From NCBI GenBank assembly GCA_907165135.1, contig OU015566.1, forward strand, positions 9,300,001 through 9,364,000: 64,000 nucleotides of DNA, given 5' to 3'. Position 1 is the first letter of the stretch; the number at the start of each line of letters is the position of its first letter. Source of the DNA: Oikopleura dioica. Lineage: Eukaryota; Animalia; Chordata. Made by a program: the position numbers and the translations under genes. Below, piece after piece: positions 12,860-24,800 of the stretch. The notes under the pieces were generated by a model. It ran no database searches, was not told the DNA's origin, and saw nothing but the letters and a program-made list of their open reading frames with translations.

Positions 12860-15800
12860 ATGGCCAGGGCTGATCAAGAGGCGAGCCTTGGGTCTGGGAA
12901 CTCGGAGCTACAAGGAATGGGTCAGGAATCACGGACGAATTTTCTATGATTTTCTTTCATCGATGATTTTGAATTATAATTGTACACACGATTCTGACCA
13001 GTGAAAAGTCTATGATACGATAACGGTTCCAAAAGAGCGGATCTCCGATTACTACCAAGAATTTGCCCACACGTCTCAAAAGCCAAAGATGACTCCTTCT
13101 CAATACATCTCTTCCATGTCTCTCACGACCGAGGAAAAATACGCCGCGATACGACGAACAAAACCTGCCCAGATCATCGAATACTTTGACATGAAAAAGA
13201 CAACTTATCAGACCGAGACGCAAGTCAAAGTCGACGAGGCTGTCTTTCAAGCGTTTCCGTCTGAAATCGTCTTCCAGAATTTCTCCGCGAAGAGGACTTA
13301 TCAAGTCCCAATCCAGCTAAGAAACAACGACAAGGTGCCACGTTCGATCCAGATTTCCCGTGAAAACGGCCCGTATTTCTCCGTTACTGTACCAGAAGAG
13401 ACCAACAGTAAAATCGCGCCTGGAATGAGCTTCATGATCTTCGTCAACTTCTCCCCCGAAGTTGTAAAGGACTACGATCACGATTTAGTCTGCGTTTCCG
13501 AACGAGAACGAACAGTAATCCCAATCAAGTGCATTGGTGCGAGAGGACTTTTGGACTTTCCGGACTTCGTCTCACTTGACGAGTGTCCTGTCAAAATGAC
13601 CAAAGAAAAGACTCTTCTGGTCCGAAACATTGGAAAAGATACCGTCAAGTTCTCGATGCAAACAGCGGACAAAGCATTTGTCGTCAACCCTTCTCACGGC
13701 GAATTAAAGGAAAGGCTTGAAATTTTTTGTAAACAATAATTTCTCGAACCAGGTTCTAGAGAATAGTGAAATTTAAAGCTTCGAAAAAGGTTGATGAAGC
13801 GATGCAAGTGCACATTGAGTTTAGCCCACTAAACATTGGCGTCATCAGCAGCGAACTTGAAGTCCGATTTGAAACTGGCGAGTCGATCTTTGTCACTCTT
13901 CAAGGAAAATGTGTCCAGATGAATGTCCAGCTTACACAAACAAAACTCAAACTAAGCGATACATTCGTTGGAACCGTCAACTACAAGTCTTTCCAGATCG
14001 TCAACAAGGGTGATGACATCGTCAAATATAGATTCACCAACTACTCGACGATCGATGATGAGAACAGATTCCGAACCCTCGTCTCAAGCGAATTAGATGA
14101 GTTGAAAGAAGCTGCGGAGAACAAGGTGAAATTGGAGAGCGTTGAAGGAAACGGCGACGCAGCAAAACTTGCGGAAAATCTCAGCATTTTGAATCGAACC
14201 TACAAAACTGAGCACCTCCGCGCGAGCAGCGACCCGATGCTTCTGGACGATACTCTTTTCGAAGTCCTCCCAGTCGAAGGCCAGATTTATCCAGGAACTT
14301 CTGTCGAGATTTCTGTTATCTTCAAGCCCGACACCGTTGGACTCGTCGAGCGGCAGCTTTTCTGCGACGTTCAAGGACGAGAACTCCGCGTTCCGATCGA
14401 CGTCATTGGAAAGGCAGTTGGTCCGATTCTTGCTTTCAGCTTCGACTCTATCGACATTGGAGAAATTTTCGTTGGTTCCCGTCACAGTTATGACGTCGTC
14501 GTCATCAACAAAGGAGAGATTGACGGAAAACTTAAACTTGTGCCGAACAACAGCGCCTTTGGAGCTCGATTTACCTTCAACCCATCTGATATCACTGTCG
14601 CTGCGAACTCTAAGAGTCTCATTGAAATGTCCTTCATCTCATCAAAACTTGGAAAGTTCCGAGAAGTATTCGAATTCAACATTGATGGCTGCTCAGAGCC
14701 ACTGAGAATCGATGTGAAAGGAGAAGTCATTGGACCTACTCTTCACATTGAGCCAAAGAAAATCGAGTTTGGAACTGTTTCACTTGGATTCGAACACGAA
14801 ACCGAGTTTTCCATCTTCAACACGTCCTTGGTTGAGCTCGACTACAGAATCGTTGCCGATCGAATCTTCATTGGTGCTGATTTTGAAATCATCCCTTCCC
14901 ACGAAAAGATGCCACCAGAATCTGAGAGCAAAGTCAAACTGAAGTTCAAGCCAAACATGGAAGGTATCTTTGCCTGTGCGCTAGAAATGAATGTCCCTGG
15001 AATCGGAGAAAACGTCGTGCAGATTCCCGTTCAAGCCGAATCACGCATTCCCGAGATTTCCCTAACGAAGGATATGTTTGATTTGGGAACAATTCCACTC
15101 GATTATGTTATCGAAGAAACCATCGAAATCATCAACCACAACGCTGACCTCGAAGCTTCCTTCATCCTCGAATACAGCAAAGTCAACGCCGACTTGGAGA
15201 TTAATCCGAAACTCACGAAGGGAGTCATTCGAGCTGGAGAACATCTCAAGATTCCTATCTCACTCAAAGCAAACATGCTCGGTCTTCTCAGAGAAACTGT
15301 TGAAGTCCACCTCGTTGGAGTCCCCGAGCCACTTCTTTTCGACATTCAAGGAGTCGGACAAGGACCAGAAGTGGAATCAAGCGAGCAAGAAATAATATGG
15401 GGAGAAGTTCCAGTTCTCACTGCAATCACGAAAACGATGCAACTAACAAATACTTCCCTCATTCCAGCAAAGTTTCATGCGATGTTCCACAAGGAGAATA
15501 CTGTTTGGGAGGTTCAACCGGCATTTGGAGAGATTCCACCAAAAAGTCAGCTCGATTTCAAAATAACGGTCAACATCAACGACTGTATCGAGTTCAGGGA
15601 TATCCTCGAAATCTACATCGAACACGGAGAGAACGTAAAAATCAATCATGAAGTACAAGGAGTTGGAACAACGATCATTTGCGAGCCAGAAATGAACGCT
15701 CTTCCCGGAAATGGAATCGATCTCGGTCACGTGTACACAACCAACGAAGAAGTTCGAAAGTTCAAGCTCAAGAATATGGGCCGCCGACATCAACAACTTC

Positions 15801-18800
15801 GCTGGACCGTGGCAAATTTCGACAAACGCGCTCAGAAAGCAGCGAATGAGATCGCTAAGTACAAACAGCTGAAAGAGACGAAAGACATACGATACTGCAA
15901 TCTTCAGCCCCCGCCACCAAAACCGGTCTGTGCTTTCAAAGTTACTCCAGCGACTCTTGAGCTTCCACCAGGAGCGGAAGGCGAAATCGAGCTTCAAATC
16001 AAATACGATCTTCCGGAAATGATCAAAGAAAACCTCATTTGTCACTCCATCATCGGAATCGCGAAGACGAAGGACAAAATTCTCGAGATACCCGTTCAAT
16101 GCCAATTCATCAACCCTTTTATTGAGTATTCAACGAGCTCAGTCAGCTTTCGCGTCGACAAGAAGCCAACGGACAAGTTCAAAATTCTCCAAGACGAAGT
16201 CACGATCACCAACGTTAGCGCCCTCCCCGCTGTGCTGCGATGTGAATATCCATTTTACATCCACAGCGTTGGCAACTTCTCACAGAAAATCAACTTCCAG
16301 CCGAATGAGCAACAAACGATCAAGATCCTCTTCGAGCCAAATTATCGAACGGATCTTCTTTCACGACGATGTAACTCGAAGCTTGAAATCGACTTTGTTG
16401 ATCACCCAAGTTCGGATTTTATCGAGCTTATTGGCGAAGTTAATTTTCCGAACCTCCAATTCAGTACTCCTGAAATTGATTTTGGGACGATTTTGAACGA
16501 CACAGAAGTTGGAGTCGGCGTTTGCATCAAGAACAACGGCACTCTTCCAGTAAAATACAGATGGTGGTTCGAGATCGACGATAACAGCATCAAGAGTACC
16601 CAGCCGATCATTCGAAAGTCGCCAAATACATCCGATTTTCTTTCCCAAACAACTTGTGGAAAGCAAACGATCGATCAAATCTGGCACGAAAGATGCTCTA
16701 CGAATGCTTCGATCTGTGGCACTTCTCGCGGTGGCTATTGCCAGACACCAATGATGAGCGATAAAACCGTTACTTTGCCATCTGGCGCAACAACCACAAC
16801 CACTCCGGCTACATTTGACTCTAACCGCGAAACTGGCGAGTTGACGGTATCTTCCTTGTCTCCACCTAGAGACATCGCTGATGTCTTCAATATCCTCCCG
16901 CTATCCGGCTCGCTTAAACCTGGTCAGATGATGTCAACTGTCTTCTCGTTCTTTGGACATCCTTGGATTTCCGCCAACTGCAAAGCCGTCTGCGACGTTG
17001 AAGGTGGACCCCAGTACGAAACAATTGTTAAAGGGAACGCCTCTGAAACGGACTTTGAATTCTCAGAGACAAATCTTCAGTTCGAAAAAATCCCGTTCGA
17101 CGAATTTGCCGAAAAAGAATTGATTCTGTACAATCGAGGAAATGTTGACTTCGATTTCCAGGCTGATTCGGATTGTGTTGACAACATAAACGACCTCAAA
17201 ATGGGCGGCATCTGTCTCCAGCCATGCTCAGGCGTCATTGCTTCTGGCGCATGTGCTACTATCAAGGTGATCTACTACCCTGGCATGCCACAGAAGTTCT
17301 ACAAGACGTTTGGTATCCGTGTCGCTCATTTCCAAACAACTCAGCTCATTTGCCTCGGCGAAGGCGTGTTCCCTCGCGTCCAGCTTGATCTTCCACGACA
17401 CGATTCCGATGGCAACGTAGAGAAAATCTCAAATCTGGTTCGAAAGCAGCTGGAAAACGCGAGCAATGGCTCAGCCGAAACTGTCATTTCCGACACAGCA
17501 GTTGAGCAAGAAGCTGAGCGATTGATTCTTTGTGAAGCCATTCGAACACTTGCAGCTAGTCCATCGAAATCAACGAGGAAAAACGCTCATCGATACTGCT
17601 TGCCAGACTATATCCTCGATTTCGGACCGGTTATTCTTGGACACGTAATGACTCACACAGTTAGAGCAACGAACTGCGGCTTCGTCCCCGTCAACTTCAA
17701 CATCGATCACCAACCTACATTCGGGACTGGATTCTTCTGCGAGCTCGACCGAGTGAAAGAGCTCCCAGGTTTCCCAAAACACGAGTTTGTCGAATTCAAG
17801 CTCACTCTTGATCCGAAAAAGGTGGGTCCTCAAGAAGTCAAGGTTCCGCTCACGATTCAAAATGGCCCCATCGTCAATATTATCCTCAGAGCTGACGTTC
17901 TTATGCCTCAGATTTCCATCTCCACCAAAAATATTGCGTTCGGCGAAGTCGAGCACGGCCGATGCAAAGTCATCACTATGCGTGTTTCAAATCCACTTAC
18001 TGTCGACGCTGTCTGGAAAATCAAACGCGACACTAAAAAAGAAGTTGTCGATAAACATATCCCTCTTCATGTTCGCAAAGCTATGCCAAAGAAGAAGGAA
18101 GGCCCGCAGATTTTTGAAATCGCACCCATGGAAGGCCATCTCGCTCCTGGAGAATTCAGAGATGTCCAAGTCAAGTTCATGCCCGACGGGAACGGAAACT
18201 TCAGCGAAAGCCTCCTGTTTTCTGTTATTGACTCAGAAGAAAAGATAAGAATTCCAGTCAGCGGAACGGGTCTTGGTCAAGAGCTGCAAATCCTCTGTAC
18301 TGAAGCGACAATGGATCCGATCATGCCGTATGGCCACAGTGCCTTCCACGATTTCATGATAAGCAATCCTTGCAAATCAGCGCTTGAGTTTTTCTCCGTT
18401 GATTTCGACGAGAAGCACATTGAAGAAGACCGAGTTATTTTCGAGCAGAAGGGATTCGATCAGTTCAACAACCTGATCCTCCCTCCTCGTGAAATTAGCC
18501 AAGGATTACCTCTTGCTCTTCAAGTCTCGAGCAAGCCGTCTAGTGCATCGACTGGTCTAGCGTCTCAGCATAGCCAGGACCATATTGAGACAAGTGACAT
18601 TGGCTTAGAAGATCCTGTCGAAAAGGCTCTCAGAGAGTACATCCAGATTCAAGATCCACAAAAACTCACTGACGAGAGCAACGCAATCGGTTTAATCATT
18701 TGGGGTCCTACCCAGTCTGGAAAAACAACAATGGCCAAGATTATTTCTGAGCGATATGGACTTCGAATTCTCAATATGGACACTATCATCATGAACGCGA

Positions 18801-21800
18801 TCAACTCCGGCACAAGTTTCTGGGCTCGCCGTGCCCAAGAAGCTTACGAACAAGACATTTCTAGCGTCCCTTCGACTCCCAGCATGAAGGACGGAAAGCG
18901 AAAGTCAGCGTTCCAGCCGTCGAGTGCGCCGTCGCGAAGCTCAGTTACTTCCAAGAAAACGACGAGAACTGAAAGTGAAGATAAAGCCTTGAAGCCGCAA
19001 ACAGAGACGAGGAGCATTACTTCGAGAAATTCATCCAAAGGCAATCTCAATTCAAAGTCTTCCTTGTCTTCGAGAGGAGAGAAGGGGCCTGTGATGATCA
19101 GCGAGGACATAATCTCTGAATTATTCTCAGAATTCATGGCCGCCGATGAAAAAGCGAACGGATTCATTTTCGATGGGCTCGAATGCAGCTTTTGCCAAAT
19201 CAAGAAGTTTGCTTCACAACGATTCTCCGATCTCTTGGTGCGCGAAAGAACATTTTCACGATTCAGACAAAATTGGAATTCGCTGAGCTTAAACGGCGGG
19301 AAGAGATTCACGAGAAAATTGCGAATGATAATGCGAATTGTGAAGCAAACGCTCGTGAGTCAAGAATTAAAGAGATGACTGAAGATGAGTACGACGCGCT
19401 TCCGTTAGAGATGAAGATTGAGTTCGATAAAAAGATTCTTGCTTCAAGAAAAGCGGCAAAACAGGCAAAAATTGAGCGTATGCGAATTGAGAGGGAGCAG
19501 GCTGAGTTGGCTTCGGTTGTCCTCGAAGCGACAAAACAAGGCAAGGGCAAAAAAGGGACAGTGAATATGAAGGCTTCTGTTCTCGCCTTCAAATCAAACT
19601 TGAACTCTCAAGACAACGAATCCGAAAACACAGCGTCAAGCGGAGCATCAAGAAAACGTCGCCAGTCGATCAAGCCAACACTTCTGGAAGTCAGCGACGA
19701 GGATCAATTATTGATGGACAAGATGAACGCCTTTCAGGATCTGTCACCTATTCTGGAGAATTATGTAACTTACTGGAATAGAATTGAGCGCTGTCTTGTT
19801 AAATTGCCGGATAATAATAAAATCACAGATGAAGACAAAGACAACAAGAAAGATGACAAAAAGGGGAAAAAAGACAAGGCAAAAAAAGAGTCAAAGAAAA
19901 CGCAGCAAGAAATTGAGGAAGAAGAGCAAAAACTCAAAGCTGAAATTGATGCGATCATGGCTCGCGAAGAAATTGGCATACCAATGGCTGTCGTTTATTC
20001 TCCTTATAAATTTCCGGCTGAAAAGGAGTACATGTACATTCTTCCAGACGAGAAAGAATTTAAACAAATCATGGAAGAAGAAAAAATACCAAATATTCCA
20101 GCGCCAATTGAATTTTCTGTCATAAAGAAACCAGCTGCACCAACTGATCAGATAACTCAGCCAAAGGGAGTCTTTACTCTCGTCGGTTACGGTCCTGACG
20201 ATCCAAATGTATCAGAAGAGCTCCAGGAAGAAGAAGCGCGTAGAACTCCAATAGATGAAGAAAAACGCACAGATTCAAAGAAGACAAAGAGAACGAAGCT
20301 TAATTCCAAGGCTTCGAAATCGGGCATGAATTTAAAGGAGAAGAACTCGCCCTCACCTGATATTCTTGTTCCTGTTTATGAGAAAATCTACAAATTGGCA
20401 AAATATCGATGGGTACTTGATCCCGGTGAAAGCATGAAGCTGCGAGTCCGTTTCAACTCGAAGAACATTGGTCTTTACGAGAGTCCTCTTGCCTTTGAAA
20501 TTGTCGGTTCTCGAAGACGATTCGAAATCGCTTGCAAAGGAAGCTGCGAATATCCGATGATCATCAACAAGCCAGAAAGCGTCTTCAGCAATATTCTCAA
20601 GACACCTCTTGGGCCTAATGAACACGTTAATAAGACATATCTCGTTGCAGAAGGACTCTATGACTTTGGCCCGCTTCTCGTTGGGAAGACAAAAGATCGT
20701 CTTCGACCAAACAAGTATCCGGATAACATTGACAAGCTGAAAATCATTAATCCACGGCCGTATAAAATCGAAATTAACTTTAGTCTCAAGGAGTCTGAAG
20801 GAGTCAATGGCACGTTCTCGCTTGATCAGACGAAGCTCTGCTTAGAACCGAAATCGCACGCTTGGCTATCCGTCTTCGCCTTCCCGAAGACTCAAGGATT
20901 GTTCAAAGATACGATCATCTGTGAGATCAAAGACAATCCAGAGCCGGTCCATTTTGATATCGCTTGCACAGCCGTCAAGCCTGAAGTGGAGGTGGACAAG
21001 AAGCAAGTGCAGTTCGAAAAGCTACTTCTTCACCGTAAAAATACGCAGAAACTTACACTCACGAATCCAACAGCGATCACGATCGCCTGGCGACTCGCAG
21101 CGATGGAAAACCTCGGAGATGAAATATCAGCGAGTGAAGACTACGGAGCCATCCCGCCGCATTCAAAGCATGAGATCACATTTACTTTCCGCGCAATAAA
21201 GCCAATGAATCTCAAGAGGACCATTCGAGTCGAGATTGGCGATATTGACAATGTACTTGGTGTCTGTCAGGCAGAAGCTGTTCAAGTGATTGGAGAAGCA
21301 TACGATGTCGCCCTAGATATGTCCTTCCCGCGAGGAGCTGATGGTGGATTGGATTTCGGAACCGTTCAAGTTTTTGAAGAATGTAAGCAAGCATGCGCGC
21401 TGAAGAACAAAGGAAAATACGAGATCCATTACAAGTTCACGTTTGAATCTTTCAACGGCATGAAAGTCAAGGGTCCTCTTTCTGATCTTTTCAAAATCGT
21501 GCCAAGCCATGGATCTCTCAATCCAACTGATCGCCCGACCCAAGTGCATATAATTTTCAACTCGCGATCTGAGATCCAAATAACCGACGCGCCGATTATC
21601 CGCTGTCACGTGATTGAGCCTTCGATCGGCAACAACAATACTATCGCCTCGATTCCAATCAAAATCACAGCGAAATCTGTATTTTCCAAATATGATATTG
21701 TCCCACGATCTGATATTAATTTTGGCGCGATGTTGGTGTCAACTAAACGAAGCAGAACCTTTACGATTGAAAACAAAGGAGAATTCGACTTCCGATATTC

Positions 21801-24800
21801 GCTGCAAAAATGCGACATGCAGAGCCACAAAACTCAATCATGCATCATCTGCACGGTCGTCAAGGTCTTGGATCGAGGGATGGCACGATGTCAACTCACA
21901 GTCTTTTGGAGAAAGGAGGCAAAGGTGGCTACCGACAAGAGGCAAATCAGATCCGACTTAATCACGGGCCATTCTTAATTTATCCTGGCTTCGGAACGAT
22001 TCAACCCGGCCAATCTGTAACGATTGTGGTCGACTGTGCGATCGAACAAGCGAAGAATTACGAAGAATACCTCGCTATCGACATCACTGATCGCGATCCC
22101 GAGGATCACAGCAACGGGGTTCCATACAAGCTCATGGCCGAAGGCTGCCTGCCAAACATCGACACGTCCGACATAAGCAGAATTTTCGAAGAACATAGAA
22201 TCGTTCGTTCTTTGAACTCACTTCGCCACATCCGAAGTTTGACGATTGACGACAGCTGCTACAGCATTGACGAAAACCGCTTCCGATTTCCAAGCACAAT
22301 TGTAGGTACAAAAGTCACCGCGAAATTCCGCGTACTGAATCCGCATAAGTTACCGGTTGATTTGAACATCTCTGTCCGCGCTGTGTCAGTTAGAAACCAA
22401 CTGAAAGTCGCTGAAGTTTTCGATGTTGAACCTCAAAAAGCACAAATCGCCCCGCATAAAAATTTGATTGTCGAGGTTTCATTCTGTCCGAAAACGATTC
22501 AAGAATACGACTGTATCTTCGAAGCCGCTGTTGAGTGTAGTTTAGCACAGTTCAAGCCCAAATCGCTCACCTTTGCGGTTTTCGGAGAGGGATCTCTTCC
22601 ATCCGTTTCACTCGTTGCTCCAGCTTTACGAAGCTCAAACGGTCATGGTTTACTCAACTTTGGTCGGCTTCAAACTGGAAAGCAGGTTCTTCTTCCAGTA
22701 ATTATCGAGAACACCGGCGATCTTCCAGCGCATGTCAACATGGATATCACCGAATGCGAGTTCTTCAAGATCTCAAAGAAGAACAGCGACTTTGTCGAGT
22801 TGGAGGAAAATCTACACTCGTACTACTCGCATGATGCAACAACAGTGATCAATCCTGGTAAGCAAGCTCAGTTTCAAATCGCCTTCTCGACGAAGAAAAC
22901 TGGCTCGTTCAAGGGAACCCTGGCCATCCGACTTCAAGACAATGAGTTCGAAACCATCGTGTGTGATTTACATGCGCAGGCCTACTCGGACTCCGTTTTC
23001 ATTCAAAATCTGCCAACCTTGCCAATCTCTCTGAATGGTGGATCTACAACTGATGTTCTTTACTTTGGGCACCAGAATATTGGAGAAGACGCGACGAAGT
23101 CATTCGTTATTTTCAACTCGTTTTCAAACAAGTCAATCAAATTCGAGTTTGATCCCTGCGCGAACATTGAACTTGCTCCCAACTGTGGTCACCTTCACCC
23201 AGGTGCAAGAAAAACGATCCAAGCTCAACTGAAATCGTCAAGTTCTCTTTTGCCTGGAGAAAATGGCACTCTCGGAACAATCAATTGCAAGATTTCATTG
23301 ATTCTCCTCGGTCGAAAAGCAGTCGACTGGGACGACCGCTTGAAATACGTCCATTGGGTTGACACAGAGGTGGAAGGTGAACGAATTGTCAAAAAGAAGG
23401 TGGAAGATAAGCTTGCTGAACCAAAGCATGAGGTCATCGAAGAGCTACCTCCACTTTCTCTTGACGTCGTTGGTACAGTAGACTATGCAAAAGCAGAGCT
23501 TTCAGATGAACAACTTAATTTTGGAACGCGGCGAATTTTCTCAGAAATGAGCAAAAAATTTACGATAACCAATACAGGTGCCGTCGATATGACCTTCAAC
23601 TGGGATCTATGTCACAACCAAGCCCTTTGCCCATCTGGTGGTGCAAAAGAGCCCAGAATAAAGACTGCGGTTCCTTTCAAGACTGAAGTACTCAACGGCT
23701 TTACCGTTTCGCCCATGTGCGGTAAGATTCTCGCCGGTGAAACTGCTACTGTTAACGTCAAATTCTTGCCGACTAATGCCGGAGAAATAAACGCAAATGC
23801 AACGTGCTACCTTGCTAATGGAGAAGCTGGAAACAATACGTTGAACATCAAGCTCACGGGTGAAGGCTTGATTCCCGATATTCACTTTTCGCTTCCACAC
23901 AAAAAATCTCTTCATGGAAACTCTCATCTTCTAGAGCTCCGAGAAAATGAAGAAGGCGTCCCTCAAATTTATTTCGAAGCCATTGGAATGTCTACCAAGG
24001 TTTTGTCTAAAGTTTGGATGCTGAACCCGACAAGTTCATCTTATGATTGGAAAGTTACGAACATCTATGAGATGGACAGCGAAGAAAATCTTACTCATAC
24101 GATTCGATGCCTCACTCCACGTGGAAGACTTGAAGCTGGGCGTAAACAATTGATCAAGTTCGAGTTCTCTTCTGACTCCGTCCTCCCAATCATGAGTCGC
24201 TGGAAATTCCAAGCCTGCACAGGCGTAACCTTTGAATTTGATGTCAATGGTCTTGCTCGAAATCCGCGAATTTTCCTGGATGCTACCCACATCAGTTACC
24301 CACGATTGATAAGTGGCTGTTCAAGCAAGCAAATTGTCAATGTTATCAACGACGACATTATTCCTCTGGACGTCTACATACCCGAAGAATCCCTGAAAGT
24401 CGCTGACATTGGTTGGAAAGTCAAATGCCCGTCTTCGAGTTTCCGCCTCGAAAGTGGAGAAAAGCGTCCACTAGAGATCAACCTTGAAGGAACTGGCTCT
24501 GGGTCTATCAACCACGAAGTCGAAGTCCGATGTAACCGAAAACTTTCTCATGACAAGGAAATCGGCATGAATATTGCTATCAGCGCTGTGTGCCACGAAA
24601 TGAAAGTTCAGCTCAGCATCGAAGATCAGTACTCGAACAAATATCCACTCAAGAGAAACGAAGTCAACAAGATCAATCTCAACAAGATCGAAATTCACGA
24701 TACTGTTATGAAATCATTCGTCATTCTCAATGAGTGCGACCATCCAGTTGAATATTCTTGGATCCTTCCTAAGAAAACTTCTGCTTATTCCTGGAATGTG

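Noticed and set aside
19183-21815. Programmed ribosomal frameshifting in HYDIN
   Set aside because: No canonical slippery heptamer or obvious stimulatory structure. The same 1-nt homopolymer loss in INTS5 favours assembly error.
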